A stretch of DNA of 64,000 nucleotides from Thermoplasmata archaeon (GCA_046761045.1 JBHIFJ010000001.1:89785-153784); one strand, 5' to 3'; positions 35,792 to 46,462 are shown, counted from the stretch's first letter. The notes: a model not told the origin generated them from the letters alone. A program made the numbers and translations.

Positions 35792-38700
35792 ATGTCTGAG
35801 AACAGAAAGGTTTCGATAAGTGCGATAGTGGTGATGGTTTTTGTGTTAGGGCTATTCTCTCCGATGAGCCAACACGCTCGAGCAGCCATACCAGTACCTC
35901 ACAACCTCTATGGGCACGCATGGGATGTGAATGGAGTGAACTACACTCCCGGTTTCTACATATCGGCGTGGATAGATGGTGTGGAGTACGGATGGAATTT
36001 GACCTTTGACGACCTTCTTGACCCTGGTTGGCCAAACTTCAACTATTCCAGCAAGATCGACATCGACACGGCAGGCAATCAGGTCACGATTCCTAGTGAC
36101 CCTGACACACCTTGGGTGAAAGAGGGTGGCGATCAAGGTGTCGATGACATAATGTACGTCGAGGGGGACATGACGGAACTCGTGACAGGGGGGATGGGCA
36201 GCAACATATTTGAGAACACAACAGTCTGGCAGACCTTTGTCTCAGAGTACATCGACCTCACGATGGCTACAATACAGCCACCAGCGCTACCCAAGATAAA
36301 CAATGTCGTGACACAGCCCGGTGACATGGGAACCCAGTACATTTACATCTACGGCCCAGAGGGCACGCCAATGGATGAGTTCTACCTGGAGAAGAACGAT
36401 GGAGTGCTCCACAATGCGGCCACACAGATATTCCTCTCTGGAACGATTTCAGAAACCAAGTACTTCTACGTCGACCTGGGAGCGGTTGACTATCTTGACC
36501 CGAATGGGGATGAGCTGAAGCTGCTTTGGGAGAACCCAGGAGGTCCAGGAGCGCCCTTTGGCGGGATGGACGTGGTCGTCGACAGAGTGGAGTACAACGC
36601 GACATCCGGCGGGACGCATTTCGGAGAGCCTGACAACACAATCATGCCAGATGCCATCGCGCCAGGGATGGGCCTCGACATTCACCGGATACCGTTTGCG
36701 GGAGACGACACGAATGACTGCTCCGTCGACTTCCTTAGCGGCACCGAACCTGGAAGACCGCCCACAGCACCCTACCCACTCAAAGTCGAAGTGCTAGGTG
36801 TGGCGAATGGCCCAGGGGAGACTATCGATCATGTGGTCAATAGAGTGAATCCCCTTCTTGAGTGGACACATAACGACCCAGATGTCCCTCCCCTTCCCCC
36901 GTTCGGATACAAGGTTGAAATCGCAAACGACTCCGCCTTCAGCGACATAAGGTGGGCGAGCTATCAGACCTCAAGTGGTGCGGAATCGGAGAATTACGGC
37001 GGTCCATATCTCACGGAAGGAGCCTGCTTCTACTACAGGGCAAGAACGAAGGACGCCTATGATTACGGACCCTGGGCAAACACAACGGTTTGCATGAACA
37101 CGCCGCCGCCCGTTCCAATGACGATCTATCCGCACAACGAGACGGTAGACCCAATCAACTTGTCAATGAACTGGAGCCTTGTCTCCGATGCCGAGGGGGA
37201 CACTGTCACATATCACGTACAGGCAGACGAAGACAGTGCGTTCAGCCTTCCACCCTTCTTCACCGATGAGTCCGTTCCGGTCAATGAATCGACGGGAAAG
37301 AACTACAACGCACAGACGACATACTACTGGCGTGTGAGGGCGTACGACGGGTATGAATACTCAGCCTGGAGCAATGATCCCTGGTACTGGTGGTTCAATA
37401 CCACGAACCCGCCCCTTGAACCATGGGTCGAGTTCATGGCCGTGGAAGGCTGGTATGCTCCCAGCATGGAAGCCGACCACATCACGAATCGCGTCAATCC
37501 CACATTCAACTGGACATTCATGGACGGCAACCTCGGTGACAACCAGCAGGCATTCAATGCGGAGCTCCGAGATCAGCCCAGTGGAGGAGGAAACCTCATC
37601 TGGTTCACCACCGGCGGGGCTGCGGAACAGGTCACGTACGATGGAGCACCTCTCAGCGAGTGTACTAACTACTACTTCCGCGTGGAGGTTCAGGATGACT
37701 CACCTAGCCAGCTATGGAGCCTCACCTGGGAAGAGATCGCCTTCCACACGAACTGTGTTCCAACCGTTCCAGTGCTGAATCTGCCGGCCAATCAGAGCGC
37801 CCTCAACGAGAATATGAACGAGCAGGTTTTCTGGATCGCCTCCAGCGATGACGATCCGTTTGACTTCATCTCATATGAATGGGTCGTCGACACGGAGTGT
37901 CCAGCTGTCGCTCCCTATTTCGCAAGCGGCTCGACCACGAACACGTTCTCCGATCCGTTTGACACGACGGGCATGGGTCCAACTACCTTCTACTGGACGG
38001 TGCGTGCGAACGATACCTGGGAGTACAGCGCTTGGGCCGGTTGCTACGAGTTCGATGTCCTGCAGCCAAATGAGCGACCTCTGGCTGCCACGAACTTGGC
38101 GGTCGACGGGTTCACTGCGGCACCCGAGATCACGCACCTGCTGAATCTGCTTCCCACATTTACATGGACATTCAACGACCCTGACCCGGGTGACACCCAG
38201 GGTGGGAGGCATGTTGAGGTCAATCTGGGTCCCGGTGGAGCTAACAACATCTGGTGGTCAAACACAACAGACCCGGCGGAGTCGGTTGACTATCCACCGA
38301 CAGCCCAGCCCCTGGTCATGTGCCAGGACTACTACTTCCGAGTGCTGACCAGGGATGCCGGAGGCCTGTGGGCGGCCGACACCGACTGGGCGGAGATTCT
38401 CTTCCATACGAACTGCGAGCCTGATGTGCCTGTTCTAGCGGACCCGCAGGATGGCAACGTAACCACTCCTGACGCTGCACAGACACTGACTTGGCAGCCC
38501 TCGTCCGATGGAGACAGTGACACCGTGACCTACAACCTTGAGGTGTCAACCGACTCGAGCATGACTCCAATCGTTCATCAGGACACGACCACGACGACCT
38601 CGTCTAGCTTCACGACGACATCTGGCGAATGCTACTGGTGGCGCGTGAACGGCACGGACGGGTATGTCTATACGGCCTGGAGCACGGTATGGAGCTTCTG

Positions 38701-39898
38701 CGTGAATAACCCGCCTGACGCACCCACCGATCTTGCTGTGGATGGCTTCTCGTTACCGCCTAATGTGACGCACATCCGCGTGAGCGAGCCAGCACTGAGC
38801 TGGAACTACTCAGACCCAGACGGCGACGCGCAGACTGAGTTCGAGGTCGAGGTTCAGAATGACACTGGAGTTCCGATTTGGACCTACTCGGAGTTGAGCG
38901 CTTCTGAAACAGTGGACTACAACGCCGACGGGACGGCTCCGGCATTCGTGCCCGGAGACTCGTACTCCTTCCGTGTGAGGACGAAAGACGCAAGCATGTG
39001 GAGTGCTTGGTCAGCGCTGCTGCAGTTCGAGCTGAGCGCACCACCACCGGCTCCAATACTGACTGACCCAGCGGATGCCGCCACGGGTGTGTCATTCACT
39101 CCGACTCTCAACTGGACCTCCGGCGGCGACGATCCCAACGGAGATTCTGTGACCTACCACTGGTACCTCGACAACGAGACATCAGTGACTTATCCATGGA
39201 TTGAGAACGACACCACAGCCCTCTTGACGGCCACGGTGAGCACACAACTCGATGGTTCCACGACATACTACTGGAGGGTCTGTGCTGAAGACGGATGGGA
39301 GCAGCCCCAGTGCTCGGCAATCCGGTCCTTCACGACGCAGGTGCCAGCAAACATTGCGCCAACGGCGAACGCCGGGGGACCATACGAGGTGACCGAGGAC
39401 ACGCAGCTGACCCTCAGCGGTTCTGGAACAGACACAGATGGCACGATAGTCCTGTATGAATGGGACTTCGAGGACGATGGTACATGGGATTCCAGCAGTT
39501 CCACCTCGGGCACTGCAACGCATACCTACACCGAGCCAGGGACATACACAGCCCGATTGAGGGTGACAGACGACGACGGAGCCACTGGCGAGGCCACGGC
39601 GACGGTGACAGTGAAGGAGAAGGCACCCGCTCCTGACTTCCTAGGCGAGTATTGGTGGATACTCCTCATCATCATAATCATCGTAATCCTACTCCTCATC
39701 CTCCTCGCAAAGAGGAAGAAGCCTGAGGAGGAAGGGATCGAGGAGGAGGAAATGGAAGTGCCCGCCGTGGAGGAGGAAGTCCCTCCCGAAGAGGAGGAAG
39801 CGGCCGAGGAAAAGGCCGAGATGAAGGAGTGCCCCAACTGCGGAACCGTCCTTGCAGCGGACGATACAGAGTGCTTCATGTGTGGGGCAAAGGTCTAG
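35792..39898 (+). CDS. Giant secreted surface protein (1368 aa): signal peptide, ~10 FN3-like domains, C-terminal PKD domain, TM helix, acidic Glu-rich cytoplasmic tail and terminal Cys4 zinc ribbon
   Basis: N-term VVMVFVLGLFSPMSQHARA; recurrent YYWRVRAxDxxxYSAWS and FHTNC motifs; PKD EWDFEDDGTWD...TARLRVTDDDG; TM WWILLIIIIIVILLLILLA KRKKP; EEEGIEEEEMEVP...; CPNCG...CFMCG. Confidence 0.85.
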   Translation: MSENRKVSISAIVVMVFVLGLFSPMSQHARAAIPVPHNLYGHAWDVNGVNYTPGFYISAWIDGVEYGWNLTFDDLLDPGWPNFNYSSKIDIDTAGNQVTIPSDPDTPWVKEGGDQGVDDIMYVEGDMTELVTGGMGSNIFENTTVWQTFVSEYIDLTMATIQPPALPKINNVVTQPGDMGTQYIYIYGPEGTPMDEFYLEKNDGVLHNAATQIFLSGTISETKYFYVDLGAVDYLDPNGDELKLLWENPGGPGAPFGGMDVVVDRVEYNATSGGTHFGEPDNTIMPDAIAPGMGLDIHRIPFAGDDTNDCSVDFLSGTEPGRPPTAPYPLKVEVLGVANGPGETIDHVVNRVNPLLEWTHNDPDVPPLPPFGYKVEIANDSAFSDIRWASYQTSSGAESENYGGPYLTEGACFYYRARTKDAYDYGPWANTTVCMNTPPPVPMTIYPHNETVDPINLSMNWSLVSDAEGDTVTYHVQADEDSAFSLPPFFTDESVPVNESTGKNYNAQTTYYWRVRAYDGYEYSAWSNDPWYWWFNTTNPPLEPWVEFMAVEGWYAPSMEADHITNRVNPTFNWTFMDGNLGDNQQAFNAELRDQPSGGGNLIWFTTGGAAEQVTYDGAPLSECTNYYFRVEVQDDSPSQLWSLTWEEIAFHTNCVPTVPVLNLPANQSALNENMNEQVFWIASSDDDPFDFISYEWVVDTECPAVAPYFASGSTTNTFSDPFDTTGMGPTTFYWTVRANDTWEYSAWAGCYEFDVLQPNERPLAATNLAVDGFTAAPEITHLLNLLPTFTWTFNDPDPGDTQGGRHVEVNLGPGGANNIWWSNTTDPAESVDYPPTAQPLVMCQDYYFRVLTRDAGGLWAADTDWAEILFHTNCEPDVPVLADPQDGNVTTPDAAQTLTWQPSSDGDSDTVTYNLEVSTDSSMTPIVHQDTTTTTSSSFTTTSGECYWWRVNGTDGYVYTAWSTVWSFCVNNPPDAPTDLAVDGFSLPPNVTHIRVSEPALSWNYSDPDGDAQTEFEVEVQNDTGVPIWTYSELSASETVDYNADGTAPAFVPGDSYSFRVRTKDASMWSAWSALLQFELSAPPPAPILTDPADAATGVSFTPTLNWTSGGDDPNGDSVTYHWYLDNETSVTYPWIENDTTALLTATVSTQLDGSTTYYWRVCAEDGWEQPQCSAIRSFTTQVPANIAPTANAGGPYEVTEDTQLTLSGSGTDTDGTIVLYEWDFEDDGTWDSSSSTSGTATHTYTEPGTYTARLRVTDDDGATGEATATVTVKEKAPAPDFLGEYWWILLIIIIIVILLLILLAKRKKPEEEGIEEEEMEVPAVEEEVPPEEEEAAEEKAEMKECPNCGTVLAADDTECFMCGAKV

Positions 39899-39972
39899 GC
39901 CCCACACCCCTTTCATATGTCGGACTCACACCAAAACTCATTTAAACAGCCCGGGCTTTGTAAGGGCAGCTC

Positions 39973-41370
39973 ATGAGGAAGAGAGAGGAGTTCAGCGAGT
40001 GGTACGACGAGGCGATTCAGAACGCTGACATCTGCGACAAGCGATACCCGATAAAGGGGATGAACGTCTGGACCCCCTACGGGTGGAAGATAATGACACT
40101 GATGGACTCCTTCATTCGTGATGAGCTGAACAGGACGAATCACGACGAGGTCCACTTCCCGGTCCTGATTCCGGAAGAGGAGTTCGCAAAGGAGGCCCAG
40201 CACATAAGGGGATTCGAGGAGGGCGTCTACTGGGTAACCCATGCTGGTCTCAACCCGCTCGACGTCCGTCTGCTCCTGAGGCCAACGAGCGAGACCGCTA
40301 TGTACCCGATGTTCTCGCTCTGGGTGAGGTCCCACGCGGACCTCCCGCTCAAGACATACCAGATAGTTGAGGTCTATCGATACGAGACCAAGCAGACGAG
40401 GACCTTGATCCGTGTCCGCGAGATCCACTTCTTCGAGTCGCACACATGCCATGCGACCTTCGAAGAGGCCGAGGAGCAGATACGAGAGGACCTCGAGATC
40501 ATGGACAACCTTGCCAAGACGTTCTGCATACCCTACTTGAAGATGAAGCGTCCCGACTGGGACAAGTTCGCGGGCGCACACTACTCTGTCGGGGTGGACT
40601 CGCTCATGCCGACTGGCAGAACGATGCAGAATGGTGGGATACATCAGTACCGCGATAATTTCTCACGGGCCTATGACATCAAGTACGAGGACGAGAAGGG
40701 CGAGCATCAATATGTCCACCAGACGACCTTCGGGCTTTCCGAGCGGCTCCTTGGAGGCATAGTCGCGCTTCACGGTGACGACAGAGGGATTGTCCTCCCG
40801 CCAGAGGTCGCACCGATCCAGGTCATCATTATCCCCATACCAGAGAAGGGAGCGCAGGAGGAGATTCTGGCGGGTGCCAGGGACATAGGCCTCCAGCTGG
40901 CGGGATGCGGAATCCGCTCCAAGACCGATGACCGCGATATCAGGCCCGGAGCGAAGTTCTATGAGTGGGAGCGCAAGGGCGTGCCCCTGAGGCTGGAGTT
41001 CGGCAGGAATGAGATGAAGGACGGAGCCGTAACGCTGGTCAGAAGACATGACATGAAGAAAGAGACGGCCTCCCGGACCGAGATGGTAGACGTCGTCCAG
41101 AGGAGCCTCAATGAGATTCAGAAGGACCTGTGGGAGCGGGCCTCGGAGGAACTTGCGCAGGGTATCCGCACAATCGAGAACCTGGGCGATGCGCGTACGG
41201 GGATAAATCGCGTGGGATGGTGCGGAGAGGAGTCCTGCGGGCACGAGATGGAGGATGTCACGGGGATGTCAGTGCTCGGAACGCTCTACGATGGCGAGGA
41301 ATTCAAGGGCAAATGCATCGTATGTGGCAACCCAACGAGGACAGCCGCATACCTGGCCAGGACATACTAG
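39973..41370 (+). CDS. proS: Prolyl-tRNA synthetase, archaeal/eukaryotic-type class II
   Basis: 465 aa; conserved class II motifs (..LRPTSET.., ..RVREIHFFE.., C-terminal Zn-binding CGxxxC..Y tail) typical of archaeal ProRS. Confidence 0.9.
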   Translation: MRKREEFSEWYDEAIQNADICDKRYPIKGMNVWTPYGWKIMTLMDSFIRDELNRTNHDEVHFPVLIPEEEFAKEAQHIRGFEEGVYWVTHAGLNPLDVRLLLRPTSETAMYPMFSLWVRSHADLPLKTYQIVEVYRYETKQTRTLIRVREIHFFESHTCHATFEEAEEQIREDLEIMDNLAKTFCIPYLKMKRPDWDKFAGAHYSVGVDSLMPTGRTMQNGGIHQYRDNFSRAYDIKYEDEKGEHQYVHQTTFGLSERLLGGIVALHGDDRGIVLPPEVAPIQVIIIPIPEKGAQEEILAGARDIGLQLAGCGIRSKTDDRDIRPGAKFYEWERKGVPLRLEFGRNEMKDGAVTLVRRHDMKKETASRTEMVDVVQRSLNEIQKDLWERASEELAQGIRTIENLGDARTGINRVGWCGEESCGHEMEDVTGMSVLGTLYDGEEFKGKCIVCGNPTRTAAYLARTY

Positions 41371-41570
41371 CGCTTCGAGTAGAGGAGTATGCCCACTATT
41401 CCGAATCCAACGAGAACGACGGTGAGGGCGTACACTCCTATGTTCTCGGGATGCGTGATGTCCCAGGTGTTGTAGATTATGCCCCACCCGATGTAGAAGA
41501 AGATGCCTAGGATTAGGAGAAAGGTGTAGAAGGCGACTGCGACCCTGCGGGGGAAGGTCTCCTCTTCCAT
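41367..41570 (-). CDS. Small membrane protein (2 TM)
   Basis: Start at MEEETFPRR; ORF-track extension rejected. Confidence 0.4.
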   Translation of the reverse strand: MEEETFPRRVAVAFYTFLLILGIFFYIGWGIIYNTWDITHPENIGVYALTVVLVGFGIVGILLYSKR

Positions 41571-41602
41571 CGGCGGGTAGAAGGTTGGCGTGGCTATAAA
41601 GG

Positions 41603-42424
41603 TTATTCCTTTGGCTTCCTGGGCCTCTGGAAGGTCTGTCTCCAGAGACCGCGGAAGCGCCTCCACCTGCGCTCCATCCAGGGCCAGGTTCCCGGGTTCT
41701 CCTCTAGGTAGAACATGAGGGCGAGGAACGCGAAGATGACGCTGAGGACGATCAGCAGGTAGAAGGGCCACATGGGGATGGGTTCCTTGACCCCGAAGCT
41801 CGAGTCCGGGATGATTCCGTCGACGCCGAGATACGTGAGACAGATATCACCCTTCGTCTCGTTCGCGTTGCAGTTCTCCACATTAGTATCGTTCGTCGCG
41901 TCTTCCCACTGCTTGTCGGTGAAGTAGCCCCTCGAGGCCATGACATAGTGTCCCGGCCCCGATTCATTTACGTAGTCAAACTCCAACCAGAAGCGGACGA
42001 AGTAGGCTCCTTGATCGAAGATCGTGCCCCGCGTCGTGTGCACGGATGTCATGATGTTCACAGTCAAGGTCCTAAAGTTGTCCCCTTCCAGAGTTCCGTT
42101 GATGTCGAAAGGCGGGAAGGTGAACTCCTGCTCCAGGTTGTTCTGTATGTAGGGCGTGTCCCAGCTCGAGTTCACGACCTTCTCGACGCTGGCGCTCTTG
42201 AACATGTAGATGCTCATGGTCAACGATACGTTCGTCATGTCGTTCTCGTTCTCGTTGACGACGTCGAAACTGAAGGGTCCCGACTCTCTGGGGGCGAGCT
42301 GGGGCGTGCTGAAGTTGGAGAGAAGCTTGTTCACCCGGTCCACTCTCGTCGGATCATCGGCTGCCGCTACGTGCGGAATTAGAAGCACAACTAGGAGCAA
42401 AAGCACGAGAGCCTGGAGGCGCAT
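41603..42424 (-). CDS. Secreted protein with signal peptide and C-terminal TM anchor
   Basis: MRLQALVLLLLVVLLIPHVAAA; C-term WPFYLLIVLSVIFAFLALMFYL + basic tail. Confidence 0.6.
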   Translation of the reverse strand: MRLQALVLLLLVVLLIPHVAAADDPTRVDRVNKLLSNFSTPQLAPRESGPFSFDVVNENENDMTNVSLTMSIYMFKSASVEKVVNSSWDTPYIQNNLEQEFTFPPFDINGTLEGDNFRTLTVNIMTSVHTTRGTIFDQGAYFVRFWLEFDYVNESGPGHYVMASRGYFTDKQWEDATNDTNVENCNANETKGDICLTYLGVDGIIPDSSFGVKEPIPMWPFYLLIVLSVIFAFLALMFYLEENPGTWPWMERRWRRFRGLWRQTFQRPRKPKE

Positions 42425-42519
42425 CTGAACTCGATAATATCTCTTTGCACAAATAGTTTTTGAAAGTGGGATCCGTCGGTGTCACGTTTAAATAGAAGAA
42501 GGGATGTGAGTGCTCGGCA

Positions 42520-43164
42520 ATGATGGACTTCGCCCTCTCGGCCTTTGCAGCGATATTCGCTATAGTCAATCCAGTGGGAAACCTCACGTTCTTCGTTGCA
42601 CTTACGGAGGGATACACCCAGGAACTCAAGAGGAAGGTCATAAACAAGGTCATACTGGTTGCCTCTGCAACGCTCCTGATCTTCGCGCTCGTGGGTAACT
42701 ACATATTCATGATATTTCAGACGTCCATTCCGGCCTTCAGAATTGCTGGCGGAATCCTCCTCTTCTCGATAGCCTTTGTCATGGCCTGGGGAGGCAGACC
42801 GGGCACAAAACTCACGGAGAGGGACAGGTCCGAGGCTCTCGAGATGGAAACGGTGGGGGCGGTTCCGCTTGGGATCCCCATGTTCGCGGGACCCGGGTCC
42901 ATCACGACGGTGATGGTGTTCATGGCCGAAGTCTCGTCACCCAATATGGACGTTGTCAAGGCTTCGGTGATACTTGCAGCCATCGTGGCAACGATGGCGG
43001 CCTCCTATGTCCTGCTTACTTACAGCGACAGGATTACGAGAAGTATGGGACGGATAGGCGCACTGGCATTCTCGAGGATAATGGGTCTCATACTCGCAGC
43101 GATCGCCGTGCAGATCATCTTGGTCGGCATATTCGGAGCCATGGACATGTACTACTTAGGATAG
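42520..43164 (+). CDS. MarC-family (UPF0056) integral membrane protein
   Basis: 214 aa; N-term FAAIFAIVNPVGNLTFF.. typical of MarC family. Confidence 0.8.
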   Translation: MMDFALSAFAAIFAIVNPVGNLTFFVALTEGYTQELKRKVINKVILVASATLLIFALVGNYIFMIFQTSIPAFRIAGGILLFSIAFVMAWGGRPGTKLTERDRSEALEMETVGAVPLGIPMFAGPGSITTVMVFMAEVSSPNMDVVKASVILAAIVATMAASYVLLTYSDRITRSMGRIGALAFSRIMGLILAAIAVQIILVGIFGAMDMYYLG

Positions 43165-43257
43165 CGGGGCCGAGTTCACAAGCTCAGTCCCTGCCCTGGG
43201 GGGACCAGCACGCTTCTGACGGGCGATCCCTGAAGGCGAGACGGCAATCCTATATCA

Positions 43258-44295
43258 GTGAATCCTGATTCCCGTGCTGTGCGTGCGTTTCGCGTGGCTC
43301 GTGAGGCAGCAGAGGAGGCTAGGCTGCTCCTGCAAGAAATCGGAGCAATGGACAGGACGAAGAGGATAGTTGAGCGGGAGGGTGCCGTGATGATACCTCT
43401 CCTGAGCACGGTCGTGGAACTTCCCGAACTTCCAGGGAAGATCGTGGAGGTGCCTTCGGTTCCGCTCAAAAAGGAACAGGAGACCCCATTCAGCATCATC
43501 GCGCGCAGTCTCGACATTCCAGTTTCTGCCAAGGCAAGGCTACCACGAAAATGGGAACTCATCGGAGACATTCTGATTCTGAAGCTCGATCCATCGCTCT
43601 CCGAATATGAACGGGAAATCGCGGAGGTCTACGCGAACGTTCTGGGAGCGAAGTCCGTCCTTGAAGACATTGGCGGCATCGGCGGGGAGTTCAGAGAGCC
43701 CAAGCTGAGGCTAATCTCGGGAAGTGATACGACGACCGTTCACAAGGAGAACGACGTGCTCTTTAGGCTGGATGTCACGAAGGTCATGTTTTCCTCTGGG
43801 AACATCCACGAACGGATAAGGATGGCGAGGATCTGTCAGCCAGGCGAGACAGTCGTGGATATGTTTGCGGGCATCGGGTACTTCTCGTTGCCAATCGCAG
43901 TTCACTCCAACCCGAGAAAGGTCTACGCTTGCGAGATCAATCCAACGGCTTTCGAATATCTGGAGGAGACTATCCGGTTGAATCGAGTCGATACTGTCAG
44001 ACCGCTCTTCGGTGACTGCAGGGACATTGCGCCTGAGGGGGTCGCTGACAGGGTTATCATGGGTTATCTCTGGGGGCAGGAATACTTGGGGAAGGCGATG
44101 AGAGTGGTGTGCGAGAAGGGGCTCATCCACTATCACGAGGCATGTCATAGAGAAGATGTCTTGACCCGTCCAGCGGAATCGGTGAAGTCAGCGGGACGGA
44201 GAGAGGGACGCCGTGTGCGAATTCTGGCGACCAGGAGGATTAAATCCTATTCTCCGAACACCTACCACGTCGTCGTGGATGCTGATGTGGAGTGA
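43258..44295 (+). CDS. Trm5/Taw2 (Met-10+) family class I SAM-dependent tRNA methyltransferase (likely tRNA m1G37 methyltransferase)
   Basis: VVDMFAGIGYFSLPIA...VYACEINPTAFEYLEE..IRLN motifs. Confidence 0.75.
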   Translation: MNPDSRAVRAFRVAREAAEEARLLLQEIGAMDRTKRIVEREGAVMIPLLSTVVELPELPGKIVEVPSVPLKKEQETPFSIIARSLDIPVSAKARLPRKWELIGDILILKLDPSLSEYEREIAEVYANVLGAKSVLEDIGGIGGEFREPKLRLISGSDTTTVHKENDVLFRLDVTKVMFSSGNIHERIRMARICQPGETVVDMFAGIGYFSLPIAVHSNPRKVYACEINPTAFEYLEETIRLNRVDTVRPLFGDCRDIAPEGVADRVIMGYLWGQEYLGKAMRVVCEKGLIHYHEACHREDVLTRPAESVKSAGRREGRRVRILATRRIKSYSPNTYHVVVDADVE

Positions 44296-44379
44296 CTTCC
44301 CCAATCCTTCGTCTTACCTCCATCCCAAAGGCTCTGGGGTAACGTTCAACTACCGTTGACGTATCCAATATCTTGAGGT

Positions 44380-44796
44380 TTGAACCAAGGAAATGGCATC
44401 ACCGTGGCGAAGAAAATACCATCATCATGCGGGAACTTCTCTGACCTGGACATTGCAGTACCAGGCCCTGTCAGCGCAGGGTCTATGGTCGTCGTGTCCG
44501 TGACGGTCTACATAGGGATTTACCACGAGGCGGGGGTGTATGACCACCTGTCCATGTTCATCGCACTGTCTACCACGAACTGCACGGCCTATCCAGGTCA
44601 CCTTGGAACCAACGTACCCGCTCAACACCCGACATGGTACTACTATTCCACCTCCACCTTTCAGAGGGCTTTCTACTTCGACACAGGTTTCACAAACCCA
44701 GTGACGTTCTACGTGAACGGGTACATGGGGGCTGGCTGGGACAATGCTGACCGCTTGGTGGTGGCAAACTCAGTCGCTGTGGTCTACCCGGGCTGA
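44380..44796 (+). CDS. Hypothetical protein
   Basis: ORF only; weak. Confidence 0.25.
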   Translation: MNQGNGITVAKKIPSSCGNFSDLDIAVPGPVSAGSMVVVSVTVYIGIYHEAGVYDHLSMFIALSTTNCTAYPGHLGTNVPAQHPTWYYYSTSTFQRAFYFDTGFTNPVTFYVNGYMGAGWDNADRLVVANSVAVVYPG

Positions 44797-44801
44797 TTGC
44801 A

Positions 44802-46361
44802 TCAACCCTCCAGCGCATGGAAACGCTGGATGGAATGCCCGCTGGCGGTTAACAACCTCCTCAGGGCGGCATCGTATTCTTCTGGCTTGGCGGTCAGCAG
44901 TGCCTCAGCGGCGGACTTTAGGTGAACACCGAATCCACGCTCGTCCTCCGTATACTGCCAGTCAAACCCCGTCTCGTTGAGGGCGAGGAGGAACGCGTAC
45001 TCTAGGGCCTTGAAGGCCTTTGACCTTGTGGTGTCTTTCCGCACCTCCATCGCTGCCGCCGCTGGACCACCCGTTCTATAGACTCTCGCGATGCGATCGC
45101 AGAACCTGGCGACCGGAGACAACTTCCTGTACTTTGGAAGGTCGGACAGGATTCTCTCCTTCTGCGCGGTCTGGAAGGCTTGCCGCACGAACTGTGACGG
45201 CGACTCCTGCGAGGAGAGCGACCTCTCGTAGAACTCGTTGGCTGCGTCTTCATCCCCGAGGACTGCCTTGAGGGCCTCCAGACCTGCCTCCTGCCAGTAC
45301 GTGTCCAGGACCTTGGCGGGGGACGCCTCGTCCAGGATGACGTTCTCGCCGAGGTTCTTCACCATGGCCCTGAGTGCCTCCCGCTCGATCTTGTTCGGTC
45401 TAAGCGACTCGATGAAGGCATCGGAATCGTCGTCGAAGCAGTTCATCCCCACGGCGAACACCCGTCTCTCCATCGCGATACCCTCCTCCCTCACGTCCTT
45501 CATGTGGTTGTCGATGAGCTCCCTGTCCGAGACACGCCCGCTCATGTACTCGGACCTCCAGCGGTCGCTCACCTCCGTGAGCGTATTGAGTGGGCAGTCC
45601 TCACCGCCGCTGGCGTGCCTGAATCCTGGCTGGACCCGCACATCCAGTATCTTGGCTCTCTCCGGATGGAGCATCCTGTTCAGTATGACGCTCGCGATGT
45701 TCCGCTTCGTGCTAGACCTGAGGCGGGAGACCTTGAGCGAGATGCCGGCGGGAATCCAGCGGACCTCTATGAAGGTGTCGTCCACAGAGTCCAAGGCGGC
45801 GTAGCCACCCTCGGTCTTCTGAAAGGGATACCTCATCCTGCCGATGGTCTCTGTCACATACTCCTCCGGTGGCTTCCCGATCGTCCCCGTGCAGACCATC
45901 TTGTCCTTCGTGCTGAATATGAATAGCCCGTTCCTGCGCGCGATGTCCGCCACGGCCAGTAGTCTTGCATCCGGGTCGTCGTAGTGCTGGAATCCTATTA
46001 GCAGCTCCTTCTTCGCCTTGCCACGTTGCGCGTACGCGATGTCCTTGTTGCCTACCCTCGCAACCGCCAGATAGGGCGCCTTCTCCTGGATTGCGAGTAG
46101 CAATGTGGCAGCGTATGCTTTTGAGAAGGCAGGCCCGAGGTTGGCGAGCCCGCTCAGTTTCTTCTTGTTATCCTTGAACCTCAGTTGCTTGAGCAGCCTT
46201 GCCCTCCACTTCTCAAACGGACACTTCCTGCATTCCCCCTCACATTCTGGAATGAGGGGGTCTGGCCCGTCGCGAAGCTTCTTCGCCCTCGCGATGAGCT
46301 CCCTTTCCTTCTTCTTGGCGGCCGCCCTGGCCTTCATGCGTACCGTGCTCCGCTGCCTCAT
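44802..46361 (-). CDS. Conserved hypothetical protein (519 aa) with N-terminal basic region and Cys cluster (CEGECRKCP)
   Basis: Long protein-like ORF, no P-loop or other recognisable catalytic motif. Confidence 0.6.
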   Translation of the reverse strand: MRQRSTVRMKARAAAKKKERELIARAKKLRDGPDPLIPECEGECRKCPFEKWRARLLKQLRFKDNKKKLSGLANLGPAFSKAYAATLLLAIQEKAPYLAVARVGNKDIAYAQRGKAKKELLIGFQHYDDPDARLLAVADIARRNGLFIFSTKDKMVCTGTIGKPPEEYVTETIGRMRYPFQKTEGGYAALDSVDDTFIEVRWIPAGISLKVSRLRSSTKRNIASVILNRMLHPERAKILDVRVQPGFRHASGGEDCPLNTLTEVSDRWRSEYMSGRVSDRELIDNHMKDVREEGIAMERRVFAVGMNCFDDDSDAFIESLRPNKIEREALRAMVKNLGENVILDEASPAKVLDTYWQEAGLEALKAVLGDEDAANEFYERSLSSQESPSQFVRQAFQTAQKERILSDLPKYRKLSPVARFCDRIARVYRTGGPAAAAMEVRKDTTRSKAFKALEYAFLLALNETGFDWQYTEDERGFGVHLKSAAEALLTAKPEEYDAALRRLLTASGHSIQRFHALEG

Positions 46362-46462
46362 CCCTGTTCAATACGGGAGCCGCCAATTAACTCTTTCGCA
46401 GCGGACCAGTTAGCCCGCTCTCGAAAACTCTTTAGGAGCGTCCGAGATTATGTCTCGATATC

